DNA of 63,332 nucleotides, filler included, from Sphacelaria rigidula (Eukaryota), in NCBI GenBank assembly GCA_964200075.2. It is 7 parts of 7 records of this genome, joined end to end, with 100 filler letters (N's around TTAATTAATTAA, not from the genome) between each part and the next. Parts side by side here need not be neighbours in the genome. Positions count along the whole stretch, not along the records: positions 27,187 to 36,148 come from CAXNAA020009639.1; positions 36,249 to 45,210 come from CAXNAA020009640.1; positions 45,311 to 54,271 come from CAXNAA020009641.1; 4 more parts are not named here. The stretch is one strand, 5' to 3'. Below, piece by piece: positions 35,720 to 48,298 of this stretch. Below the pieces are notes generated by a model. That model was not told where the DNA came from and did no database searches. It worked only from the letters and a program-made list of their open reading frames with translations. Both the position numbers and the translations under genes were made by a program. Every line of letters begins with the position of its first letter. The stretch's first letter is position 1.

Positions 35720-36125
35720 TGTCGCTTCGGGGGGACACGTTGTCCAGGACCTGCGAATCTAGAGTCGAAGAGCGGTCTCAAGTTGTGTGGCTGCAGAAAT
35801 GTGCAGTCCGTATGGGGAATGTTATGCCGATCAACTTCCCCCTCCCCACCCTGTGGTTGTCTGAGGAAGTGACGATACTAGATAGTGAAGCAAATAAGTG
35901 GAGGCTGTTATGCATATGCAAAATAATGAGTACGCTTCGGGCCGAATAATCTAAGCAGAATGCAGCTCGTCTTTCGTGCGACTCGCCGAACACGTCACGA
36001 CGCTCCGCGCTTGATTGATTGCGAGCCTGATCCGGCTAAAACCCAGCGTGCTTCGTCCCAGCTTGGTAGGGATGCGAGGTCAATATCGACCGCGGTGCAA
36101 ACTATAAATACCCCCCCCCCCCCCC
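35720..36125 (+). mobile_element. Decayed 3' end of a non-LTR retrotransposon ending in poly(C)
   Basis: Shares CCTG.TCCGGC.AAAACCCAGCGTGCT.CGTCCCAGCT...AGGGATGCGAGGTCAAT with 10249-10307; followed by a 15-C run. Confidence 0.55.
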
Positions 36126-36549
36126 TGGCTTTGTGGGGACGCGAGGTCNNNNNNNNNNNNNNNNNNNNNNNNNNNNNNNNNNNNNNNNNNNNTTAATTAA
36201 TTAANNNNNNNNNNNNNNNNNNNNNNNNNNNNNNNNNNNNNNNNNNNNTTCTTTCTTCTTCTCTGGCCTCTGTTTCTGGGCCGCCCCCCCCAAGGGGCTT
36301 GCTTCCCCCCCCCCCCCCCCCCCCCCTTTATGCGCCTCAAGCCCATCGAGGCTATGGCTGGTGGGACGAGGCGATCACCAGCTCGCTGATGATATAATCG
36401 TGGAGGTTTCTTTGAGGGACAATCATTGATTGAGTCACGCCACCACTCATCGCAAAGGTAGCCTTTCTCTATACTGTGGTATTGAGTAAACACCCCCAGT
36501 AAATTTCAGCAACCTTCGGTCAGTAACAGTGCATGTATTCCAAACCCTT

Positions 36550-37395
36550 TTTTTTCTGTCATGTAGCTGTCATATGTGACATGTTTCCATCATCAGATGT
36601 ATTTGCACTTTGGTGCTGGTCGCATCTGCTGGTATGCATGACTGGACACTGATCGGTCCACCGGCGCCTGGATTATTCCTGCCCGGGTTCTGGGATGCCT
36701 TCGGTTCCGCGGACACCTGAGTAGGGCTAAGTTCTCGGGTTAGTAACGAGGCGGTGTAGATATATATATATATATATATTACCTGTAAGCGCTGTGTTCC
36801 TTTGGCTAAACACCGTCAAAATGACCCTTGCTTCTTGTTTTGTGTAAAAAACTGCATCATGTGTGACACATTTTTTATGGGATGCTTTTGTACTTTGGTG
36901 CAGGCTGCATCAGTTAGGTATACCTGACTAGGCACTGGGACACCGACCGGTCGACGGGCGCTTGAGGTATTCCTGCCCGTGTTCTGGGATGCTTTCGGTT
37001 CCACTGACACTGGAGTATAGGACGAAGTCCTTACGTTAGTACCAAAGCGGTGGGTCTGATGTTTTTCTTGCGAGCGTTGTGCTCTTTGATGAAACATCGA
37101 CCTGATCTTTGCTTCGTATCATTTTGTGGCATGTAACTGTGTCTCATGTGATCTATTTCCACAAGATGCGTTGCACTTTGGTGCTGGATGCATCCATCTA
37201 CTGTTTCTACATGCCTGGACACGGGGACACTGATCGGTCCACGGGCGCCTGGGTTATTCATGTCCGGGTTCTGGGATACCTTCGGTTCCGCTGACACCGA
37301 AATAGTACAAGGTCCTCGTGGTAGTAACAAAGCGGTGGATACGATGTTTTCGGCCTGTGAGCATTGTGCTTTTTTGTTTAAACATCGTCGAAATG
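36550..37395. repeat. Three diverged ~270-bp tandem repeats downstream of the Gypsy-3 integrase
   Basis: Recurrent (C)TTTGGTGC...GCATC...GACAC.GA.CGGTC...GGCGC.TG...TTCTGGGAT.C.TTCGGTTCC. Confidence 0.8.
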
Positions 37396-37924
37396 ATTTT
37401 TTAATATTTTTGTCAGCCCTACCCCGATTGCTGAGAGGTCATCTTCCTTGGGGAGTTGCACCCCAGTCACCGTTAACATGTCAGGTATTGTTCCGTTCAT
37501 GTCTACATTGTTCTGACGTCGTTTTTTCGTTTTCTTCTCTTGTGGCTCTCCTTGATCTCCGGATTGTGACCCCGGGCTACTGCTCAACTCTTGAGCGTTT
37601 TGCTAGGACGCTCGAACAGTCTGTTGAACATTCACACCCGTTTCCGTTAGCCGGTATTTTCGGATTTCGACTCCGGATGTGAGCGCTTTGCTACTCCGTT
37701 GTCATGACAGTATATATCGAGGAGGTGTCTACCTTGTGGTGTTTCGTCAGTTCGATAGATCAGGTCAGCTGCTGGGCTGTTGCTTTTGAGTCTCATTAAT
37801 CTCCGAATTTCGACCTCAAGTTACTACTCCACCCTTGAGCGTTTTGTTAGGACGCTCGAACAGTCACACATCCGTTTCCGTTTCCCTGTAGTTTTGGATT
37901 CTGAGTCCGGATGTGAGCATCCAG

Positions 37925-38557
37925 CTAACCCCGTGTCATGACGGTATTTATCGATGAGATGTTTACATTGTGGTATTTCGCCGCCCGGTAAGTCAGGTCA
38001 GCCGCTGGGCCGTAGCCCTGGAGTCTCAACATATATTGATAGTTGTAACGACTTCTCGGACCTGGGCCTGGCGCTTGACCTACCATTTTTTCGACAGTGT
38101 AGCATTCTATTGTGGGTAGCGTTCCGTCTGGCTGGTCTATCTTCGGTAGAGGTATCTGTCTGCCCAGGAACAACTCGCTCAACTTGTCAAAGTCCGGTAC
38201 TGGCGCTGTTTCTCGCGGGTGATATTTCTTCGAATGAGCGAGATGTACTGACATTTCTCCAGAGTCGTCACCTATTTCGATTATGTACACAGCCGGCAAT
38301 CGTCTCTCGGTTATCATGAAAGGTCCTTTCCATGGTAATTGAAGTTTCGGGTTCGGCCTTTTTAAGTCCTGGTATGGTGGGTACAAGAGTGCCTTTTGAC
38401 CGGGTTCTAACGCTGGGAACGGTTGTAATTTGTCTTTGTCTCCTTGCTCGTTCGCTCCTTCTCGTAGAGCTTGACCCGCAATTTCAAATCCTCTCCGTAG
38501 GTTTTCCGTATTTCGTTGGAAAATTCTTTGGGTGTCGCGTCTTTTCCCAGATATCAA
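37925..38557 (-). pseudogene. Gypsy-3 integrase C-terminus (GPY/F) and chromodomain
   Basis: PKLQLPWKGPFMI...VYII...VHLAHSKKY and YTVEKMVG...YQYMLRLQGYGPAADLTY. Confidence 0.85.
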
Positions 38558-41500
38558 ATGTGGTGAAACTCTATCGATACAAGTTCTGGCTATCGACGTG
38601 GCCTTTCGACTTGGTATCGAAATGAGAAAGGCAACTCTGTGAGGTGGACCATTACGGACAGTACCTATCTACATAGTATTCCAGCCTTTGACATCGAAGC
38701 TGCTTTTGTGTTCGACTAAGTCTGTCGACACTCTCTCGTATGGCCGTCCTACCAGAACGTGTCCCATCGGCACATTCTGGCCGGTTGACTGACGGCTCTC
38801 GGTCTTGCACTGGCTTCAAACGGTCGAGCTTCTTAGCTGATATTTGACGGTGATATGTGGTTCAGCTATTTGCAGCGCATGGTCTTTTGGCCCGTTACCA
38901 CATATTTGTGTAAGCGATTGTTTTATTTCGGCTTTTCGTCGCTCTGCAGTAGCGCAAACAGTCGTGAGGGTGTCCGGAATAACATGAAGTTTCTCCGGTT
39001 TTTGTCTCTTATCATTATCATGAAGGTTTTCCGGGGTTTACGTGTTGGCTCGATGGGTTGGCGATTTGTACCATTTCCGTTTTATTCGTCGCCGACTACG
39101 TGCATGCTGTCCTTGAAACAATGATGCGCGTGAATGCTTGAGGTACATCAGGCGATCGAGTGTCTTCCTCGGTTATTCTTCGCGGCTCCACGACAGCTGC
39201 TGTTGTTGTTGACGGGGTATTTTCCATTCCAACTAGTACTGCCATTTCACTTCGTGGTGGCATACTGCATTTTTTGTGAGAGAGTGGAGCAGGGTTAGAA
39301 CTTTCATCCTGACTTCATAACAGTATGTTGTTTCAGTGTGCTGTATTTTGTGAGCCCTGTTGTTTTCGATGCGATGCTTTGATTTTAATACTGGAATGAC
39401 GGAATGTTCGTTCTTTCGTCTGCCAGTCGAGTACAGAGTATAGGTTTAAAAACACTCACAATGGATTTGTCTAGTAATAGACAATCCGGCCCCAGATCAG
39501 GTAATACAAACGCTTCTGCTGGCAGGATTTTTATCCCCAACGAAAGCTTGAAATTAATGAACACTTGGGATTTTTATGGGGGAGACGCCCGCGCTTCTGA
39601 GATCTTTAGATCCTGGCGGTACTGGCTTCATATCAGCTGCCATGATGGCCGGGTGTTCATTTATGAACTTTTGCTGATACACGGTATATCTGCTGCGGAA
39701 CTGATTGGGAGATTTTTCGGCGAGGGTGCCGTTTACTCTGGCTGCGGCTCTAACGCGGGTTCATGCACAGGATAGCGCTAGGGGCGCATCTGTATACCTG
39801 GCGGGTGATGATGCGTGGTATGAGTCATAACAGTGATCGTCCAAGATCGGGTTGCAGAGGGCAGAGTAGTGTTTCGTTTTGGAATAAACAGCCACTGCTT
39901 ATGCCATCGCTGTTTTTCTGGCTGCCAGTGGAACATGTGTCAGCGCGGAAGGTAACGTTACCGATTCATTGGGGTACGGCGGAGAATGTCGCCTGATGAG
40001 AGCCTCAACAAGCTGAGCTTCAATTTCGACGATGATGGCCCTTTGTGAGGTGTATTACTTTTTCCACGGCTGCTCTGACGGCTGCTTTGAACCCCACTCT
40101 CATCGTGCTCTTTTCTAGCTTCTGCTTAAAGTTTGTACGTTCACATCCTCAATTAGGGCTGTTTTGGTGCCCGCCTGGAGGAGTGATTGTACTGACTAGA
40201 AACCCCACTTCTCTCCGATATATGTATACATTTTCACAGACGGTTGACACGTTTCTCCACTTCATGCGTACTGAAGTGTGGAACATTGAACTGTCTGTAG
40301 TTTTCAACTTTTCCCAGCTTGTGGGCTGGGATGCGGTAAAACCATCCAATACACCTCTTTCTTTCGCTTGCTACATGGTAGGGAATTACAAGGTGGTGCA
40401 TTCACAGGTTGAGTAAGTTTGTTTGTCAGTGCTATTTCGAGTCACCGCGTTTTCAAAGGTCGGCCTGCTTGATTAATTGCCGTGCCTTTCGCGCGATGGT
40501 GGTGAAAGGTTGGTTTATAAATGTGGCTTCGCTGTTTAATCAGCCATTCTGGTGACATATAATGCACGCTGACGAGACTAATTCCGCGTTTTCGCTGTTC
40601 GACTAGCCATACATGTGACATATACTGCACCCTGAGGAGTCTAATTTCGCGACCTGCTATTTGATTAGTCATGCGGATGACATATAAATGCACACTGAGG
40701 GGGCTAATTTCGCGTTGGCTCAAACACATGACTCCAGTAACCTCTCAACTCGAATAATTATGCACATGACCCATACGTTTCACCTGGAGTAGCGTTCCTT
40801 GGGGGACGTTAGTGTTTCCTGTGTCGGGGAGCAGTCGGTTATCGTTTTAGTTTTTTACTTCTGCGGCGTGTCTTGCCTGAGTTCTGTTTTGGTGTCGCCA
40901 GTGTGAGGAAGGCGCTAGAGTGGTCAGAGATCTACGGGGGAGACTGCCGTCCTGATGCCGAAGGAACTCTGAGGCTGGCGATGACTTCCTCTTGTATATG
41001 TAGGCAAGAAGGGGTCAAACTAGAAGTGGTCGCCAGGAGCGACCCGGACCTTGGGGGATGTTGGACCGTCCTAATATTAGGTTCTTCCTGGCATCACCCC
41101 GAATTGTCTACTTACGTCGGCATTACGGGGTCCTAGGTAATCTGGTCCTTCCGGACCGTTCCCACCTTGTCCCTGCTTGCGCTGGTTCTTCATACATGTG
41201 TGGCGTCAGTTTCTGATATGTCACTGCAAAGAGGTATCCGACTGACAGCTCTCGGTCACTTTGCACCCGCTTCAAACAGTCGAATATTGAATATGATGCT
41301 GTGGTTCAACTAATTGTGACGTGAGGTCTTCTGGTACGTTACGGCATATTGGCGTAAGTGACGGCTTGATTTCTGCTTCTTGTCGCTTTTCAAACGCAAA
41401 CAGCCGTGAGAGGGTGTCCAGAATAACATGAAGTTTCCCCGTTTTTTCGTCTCGTGTCTTGAGTTGATATAGCCTAAGATGGTATTGCGTTCCGGGTTCA

Positions 41501-42999
41501 CATGTCGGCTCAACGGGTTGGCGATTTGTACCATTTCCGTCTTATTCGTTGCCGACCACGTACATACTGTAGTTGCAACAATGATGCGCGTGAATGCTTG
41601 AGGTACATCAGGCGATCGAGTGTCTTCCTCGGTTATTCTTCGCGGCTCCACGACAGCTGCTGTTGTTGTTGACGGGGTATTTTCCATTCCAACTAGTACT
41701 GCCATTTCACTTCGTGGTGACAGACTGCATTTTTTTGTTTTCAGAGAAAGACTGGAACGGGGTCGCACTGTACTGACTAGGCAGCCCGCTTCTCTCCGAT
41801 ACTTCTTCACTAGACGGTTGACACGTTTTCTCCACTTCCTGCGCACTGAGGTGTGAAATATTGAACTGTCTGTGTTTTCAAATCCCCTCAGTTTGTGGTC
41901 TGGGATGCGGTAAGACTATCCAATACACCTTCTTCTTTCGCTTGCTACATGGTAGGGAATTACAAGGTCGTGCATTCGCAGGTTGCGTAAATTGTGCTGT
42001 CAGTGCTATTTCGAGTCACCGCGTTTTCAGAGGTCGGCCTGCTTGATTAATTGCCGTGCCTTTTGCACTATGGTGGTGAAAGGTTGGTCGACAAGGGTGG
42101 CTTAGCTGTGTAATTAGCCCTTCTGGTGACATACAATGCACACTGACGAGACTGATTTCGCGTTTCGCTGTTTGATTAGCCACGTAGGTGACATATGAAT
42201 GCACACTGAGGGGGCTGATTTCGCGTAATCTCAAACACATACCTCTCAACTCGAATAATTACGCACATGACCCATATGTTTCGCCTGGAGTAGCGTTCCT
42301 TGGAGGACCTTTGTGTTTCCGGTGTCGAGGAGCAGTCGGTTTTCGTTTTAGGTTTTTACTTCTGCGGCCTTTCTTGCCTGCGTTTTTTTTCTGGTGTCGC
42401 CAATGTGAAGAAGGTGTATCGCTAGGGTAGACAGACTGAGGAGGAGGCTGTCTCGGGAGATGTCGCCTGATGCCGAAGGCACTCCAAGGCTGACGATGAC
42501 TTCCTCTTGTGTATATAGGCAAAAAGTTGGGTCAGACGAGAAGTGGTCGCCTGGGGCGACCAGTGCCTCGGGGGATGATGGGCCGTCCTGATATCAGGCT
42601 CTTCCTGGCATCACCCCAAGTTGTCTAGTATCGTTGGCATTACAGGGTCCTGGGTAATCTGGTCCTTCCAGATCGTTCCTACCTTGTATCTGCATGCGCT
42701 GGTTCTTCATACATGTGTGGGATCAGTCTCTGATATGTCACTGCAAAGAGGTGTCTTCCACACTCATCTCCAGCATAGAAGAAACGAAGACCCCTGAAAA
42801 TGATGGAATGATGGCCTTGATCTTTTCCATTCGCAGTTATCCTCCAAACTCAGGTCGTGATAGTCGAACGTCGACGGGAGATTCAGCTTCTGTGACTTGG
42901 GTGATTTGCGGCGGTTCTGGTCCATTCATGAGCATGTTGGTAAAAATGATCTGACCCCCGTACCCCCCACACATCCGTTTTTTTCTCTCTTTAACCCGA

Positions 43000-43170
43000 T
43001 AAAGTGTTGTGTATGTGAGAGAGGAGAGGAGGCTCGACGACCACGTTGGAAAGCACCAAAATGGTAAAGGTGTCTCTATTGGGGATAGGAACGGTGCTCC
43101 GTCTCGAAAGGCATGCGTGTTCAATGACCAAAGTACCAAGGCAAGCAACAAATGAGTACGCCCCCCCCCC
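43000..43170 (+). mobile_element. Poly(C)-tailed retroposon 3' fragment, possible TSD CCCGA
   Basis: ...CCAAGGCAAGCAACAAATGAGTACG+C13; CCCGA at 42995-42999 and 43171-43175. Confidence 0.7.
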
Positions 43171-43651
43171 CCCGAGCAACAGCACATCATTCACTGATTG
43201 GTGTATCCGATGCGCTACTACCGGAGTCTCGCCCTTAGCGTGCGTAGTGCTGTACGGCCTATCCGGTTTTGTCTAGGCAAGAGTTGTTAACTGCTCTCGT
43301 TGTTGAGGGAGGTTTTCGTACTGGACCAAGTCATTTACGATATTGTGATGGGCTGGAAGTGTCTGAGCTCAGCTGTATCAGCACTAGAACTATTACTCCT
43401 ACTGAACTTGGTCATACTTGCCAGATCCTCGCCGGGCTGGCGGCTGTCCAGCAGGTTGTTGAGCGCATTCTGCATGTTCTCCATCGGCGTGATGAGACGC
43501 AGCACGTGTCGCACGTGGCCTGCAGTCCGCAGCTCGCAGATTGCACGCTGTAACGGCAGCTTCAAAGGTTGGGGTGGAGCCAAGTCGGGGAAGAAACAAA
43601 ATGAAGGCGAAACTGTCCATTGTGTTCATAGCCTAGGTCCATTATTGAGCG

Positions 43652-44223
43652 ATCCTACGATAGGACGGGGGGTGTTTGATATCAAGGAAAAAGGGGCTCA
43701 TAGGTGTGTCAGACGACATGACACACTCGTGGTGCGCTTGTATCTGGGTGAAAACGGTGTCAAATAGTATAAATGAGTGCTATTCATAGGTAACAACGGC
43801 GTTCGAACAAGACAAATCCTACGATAGCCCCCCCCCGCCCCCCCCCTCAATAGTCTTATGACTATGGCATGCAAGATCATGAGTACATCCCTCGACACCA
43901 GTCCAAACCTATCACGAAAAAATGGTCATAAAGCGCCTGATGTGTGGGTTCAGGCTGCATGAAGCGCCTCACATGATCGACGTTGGCGAAAACGATCCCA
44001 AGTGTGGAAATCCTCAGCTGCGTTGTGCTCGGCCTCTGCCATTTCGATTTACGTGTAGATTTCGCCTTCCCAAAGCAGCCACTTTCATGGGGGGGGGGCT
44101 ATCGTAGAAAGTGTCACAACTGCTGCTGCTTCCGTGAAAGAAATGGCCCCAAATATCCCCGCCCCCCCTATCGTGTGACTACGGCATGCAAGATCACGAG
44201 TACACCCCCTATCGTAGGATGAC
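43652..44223. mobile_element. Composite repeat bounded by ATCCTACGATAGG / CCTATCGTAGGAT inverted repeats
   Basis: Same terminus at ~62731; internal module 43957-44110 also occurs at 35340-35470. Confidence 0.5.
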
Positions 44224-44526
44224 ACTATTATCGACAATTGCGTCTTCGAAGATCTCCGAATTTTTCGGACTTCTCGGACTCTGCGTTCAGACCTTTCCGA
44301 AAATGGAGCGGCTTGCGTTTTCTCCCGTTGATTCATTATGGGAGAAGTTCGAATATTCGGGCTGCAACGCAGCACTTCGGGGGGCTGTCCCGTGTGTACG
44401 CCGTGGCGCTCGTAAGCGTTCGGGAGTCATGAGGTACCTTACCAATCCCGAACGATCCAGAGATCTCCAAAACAACCGTGTCGATAATAAGGGGCTTAAG
44501 TTGCGCAAGTAACTGAGCAGATCGCG

Positions 44527-44980
44527 GTGCAGTCCGGGGTACTCGCACGATTGCAGGGATCCTGTTCGTTGTGCTACTCTCTTCTAGAGAGAGAGAAAAG
44601 GCGCCCGCATTTCCTGTACAGGGCTGTGAGTCGAGCGACAGGACCGTCGAACGTCAGAGTCATCGACGACATTCACCGGAGCGAGAGCGACATAACCTAC
44701 CAGGAGAGCGTCTCGTGGGTTCCTAAGCAGGTTTCCAGCTACATCGACGCCGACGTAACGGCCAGCCGTCTTAGACCAGCCAACGGGGGACAGCACAAAG
44801 AAGCTCTCGTCTAAGAACCCCTCCGCGCTCACCGGGGGAGTGGCAGCTCGTGTTCCAGTGAACTAGTGTGGGCTGTTTATAGCGATGGCCAGCCGACTCC
44901 CGACCGTCTTGACTGCACTTTGCCCCACACGATCGGGAATGTGGACGTGAAGTGCCTGAAGTGCAACCGAGCCAGAGGTT
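44527..44980 (+). pseudogene. SF1 (RecD/Pif1-like) helicase C-terminus fused to HNH-like nuclease domain, virus-like
   Basis: One frame with a single stop (44812-44814): RLQGS (motif V-like), FLYRAVSRATGPSNV (motif VI), QVSSYIDAD..ASR, then DRLDCTLPHTIGNVDVKCLKCNRAR. Confidence 0.7.
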
Positions 44981-47900
44981 GTTACAGGCTGGTTCAGGGT
45001 GATCACCCAAAAAACACTCATCGGCAAAACCTCACGCCGTTTTTACGGAGTTAGACCCTGAAATTTTGCACGAATGTTCTACGGGTGATTACGCAACGTT
45101 TGAAGTTTTTTTTTTTACCTTTTGACTTTTTCACCATTTTTCGGGGGTCCCAGATTTTTGGGGGAAACCTCGACCCAATCGGACCCCCGTAAAACGGTAA
45201 CAAAAAAAACNNNNNNNNNNNNNNNNNNNNNNNNNNNNNNNNNNNNNNNNNNNNTTAATTAATTAANNNNNNNNNNNNNNNNNNNNNNNNNNNNNNNNNN
45301 NNNNNNNNNNAGATGCCCAGTACCAATGTACCGCGCAGATATCGGAACGGCTTTTAATGTGAAGACAACAACAACAACAACAACGTGAATACTGGAGCAT
45401 TTTCTCTGTATTTACCGCCTCACAACATACTTGCTGCCAAACTTGATAAAGACTTTGTGTTGTAGTTCCTCTCGCGTTGTTGGCTTTGGAAACTGACAAT
45501 CTGAAAGGAGGGGATGCGGGTCTTTAGTGTTTTTCATAGCAAACGTAACATTAAGAAATATACAGTGTTTTCGTTCGAGCGCTCATCCGAAGATATGTTC
45601 ACATATGATCGGCACCACATCACAGGTGTTTGGATTTTTTATTTTTTGCTGTCAGTAGTCAAGAAAATGACTGACAACTTCCGTAATTTAATTCAATGCG
45701 TCTGAATTTAATTCAATGCGTTTGAATTTAATTCAATGCAGAGGTTACCCTTTGGGCTCGGAGCCGATGACTCGCTGACCCGCTGACCAGCAGCAGCAGC
45801 AACAACACAGAGAGAGAGAGAGCGAGACCAGGCGAAGCTGTGTCCTGAAAGAGCTCGGAACTTGGGAACGGGTCATGAATACGCCATCATCAGCAATATC
45901 TCCGAATTCGAATGTGGGAAGTGCTCGGAGGCAGAGCATCGGATCTGAAGGTGAACTCTACTGATCCTTTGCCTTGATTATGATGTTCGACCGCACTGTA
46001 ACCTGCTACCCCCGTTGAAACGTCGATGGCTGTGCTGGTCTGCTGGACTGGACTGAACTGGACTGGAGCATACAGTCAGCACCGTGCTGTTGTACTGTTG
46101 CCTTTACTGCACTACACTCCTCTCTATTGATGGGCATGGTTTGTTGAGGCTTGACGTCTGTACGTAACAGATCTTTCTGGTACATGTACCGCTGCACCTG
46201 AGACAGAGCACTACATCCAGGGTACAAAAATGTGTACAATATCATGTCTTCCGCTGAATTTTTGTTTCCCTGCGCTTCCTTAGTGCACCGTGTCATCCGG
46301 TTTCCGAAACAACCGCGTAGCCGAACTGTATAGTGTTGCACTCTACTCTGTACTACCGTAATGCTTGAATCGCTTGCGGAGAGCAATTCCCGAAACAATA
46401 TATATCATCTGTCCACCTCTTTGATGTTGACTTGATTTAGTATCACGTTCTTCATCACCCCCTCAAAATCGATACTGCGTAGAGTAGAAGCACCCAATGA
46501 AGCACGCAGTTTCAAATTTCCTGATAGGCGGCCGTTGGGTACTTCTATAGGTACTTGAATCAAAATCAGTGGCTCAATTGCATTGATGCGATATATACGT
46601 TGATATCGGTTGTGTCTGTCTATGCTTAACTGACAAGAACCTCACTGCCCTCTCTCCATCAGTGGGGGCTCGAATTCTTCGCTTTTAATAATCCTGTCGG
46701 TGCCGGCAATGGAAAAGTGCTGGTTTCGACGTGCTGTTTCATGAACAACATGTGATAAATTGTTTGCAGCTTCCAAGGACCAATATTTTCCCCAAGGCGT
46801 GTTTTTCAGACCCGCGACCGCTTCCAGCTGACGGTAAAACGCGTAAGTACTGTATCGCACCTCAATCATTCCACGTGTGGTGACGGGATTTTTGTGTGCA
46901 TGGCCATACTACTTTGTTTCTGTGATGTGGCTTAGCACACTTGCCAAGTGTTGGGCGGGTACGATCTCCGGACTACAACACAACAATATTCAGGTAGGGT
47001 GCGTCATCTATATAAATGTGTACCCCAGTGCCACACGGGACTAAATATACAGAAAATATACAGGTGGTGCTGATTTTTGTTGTATGAAATTCAAAGGCCG
47101 CGGTGCTGGTTTTTGCTGTGTGCGCAAAGTTGAACATACTTGACCCGTTGCGTCCCCTCATTCGATGAAACTAATCCGACCGCACCGGGGCGACATTTTT
47201 GATGCGAGCATGAGGTATGTCGGTGGATTCTTCTGTGGCCTTCCGACGTAAGAGTGGTTGTTGTCGGTATTTTCTTTTCCCATCTTTTTTTCTTGGTCAG
47301 CGCTTGAGATAATGAGGCATCTGAACCGGGGACGGGACGGGAGAGTTCCCAAAGGGTGAAGTGCCTACAGTAGTGGGCGGTCTAATCATTCGGAAGCGTT
47401 TGAGGGTTTCCCTCGCTTACTACTCTTCGATAGAACTCGAAATCGCTAGGGTCGGTAGATTTTGGTATGATAAACAGATCATCCCGAAACAAAGTGCTTG
47501 AATCAGTGTTAGCTGGTGTTATCGGGCGATTCGAGTCAGTACCCCGTTTATCAGGCGGGTCTTATTGACAGTGAAACATAGTTTTTCGGCTCTGGTGCAA
47601 TGAGTAGGTAGAAATAAAGTAAAATAAAACTGTACATTTCTTCACCAAATACGATCGGGTCAGTCTCGATCGACCGTAAATACCGAAGAGTAAGAATCTG
47701 GGCTGAAAGGTGACAGGACCCTCGATGACCGGTGAGCCCACAAGTCACTCAATATTGAGTACAGATGCTTTTTTTTTCTCTGATTGTAAAGGGGATACAA
47801 ATATTTTCAGATCCCAAACGTGATGAGCGGTGGCAAGCGAAAAGAGCCCGAGAAAATCGCCAATTACGAAAAAATCACAAAATGCCAAAAATGAATAGTT

Positions 47901-48298
47901 TAGACCGCCCACGCCTGTAGATCAGTGGTCAGCGCACTAACTCGCTTCCGTTGTGTTGTCTTCCACTTGGATGATCGAAGCGTCCGAATCATGAGTACTG
48001 GAACTCTTGTTCATCAATTAACAGCAACTCCGTGCAATTCCAATTTCACGAAGTGAATTTGGTTTCTGCTCCGGGAAAAAAATCGACCAACCGGTTTTTT
48101 GCGACTCGATTTTTGCGACTTTTTTTTTGCCACATTTTTACCACTCTAAAACCCATATTGATTTGTTTTTTGGGGAAAAAACTGTCGAACAGAAACCAAA
48201 CGCATCTTGCTCCAAGGGACATCTGGACACACAGCACTTGCTGCTGCCTACATAGTATCATGCTCCCAATCGAAGTCTTGAGTGAGAACGCCCAGCGT

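Larger units (their letters stand above)
36490..42755 (-). mobile_element. Two tandem, internally deleted Ty3/Gypsy derivatives (Gypsy-3)
   Basis: Integrase C-terminus and chromodomain in ORF 37925-38557; protease remnant AFVLPDLGPDCLLLD near 39480-39530. 38780-39275 duplicated at 41240-41735 and 40170-41237 at 41770-42755. LTR end + PBS-like CA-ACT-TGGGGTGATGCCAGG near 42600-42625. Confidence 0.75.

Noticed and set aside
43003-43075. GIY-YIG-like peptide VYVREERRLDDHVGKHQNGKG
   Set aside because: Lacks the conserved Gly and Arg; better explained as the degenerate ORF end of the poly(C) retroposon.
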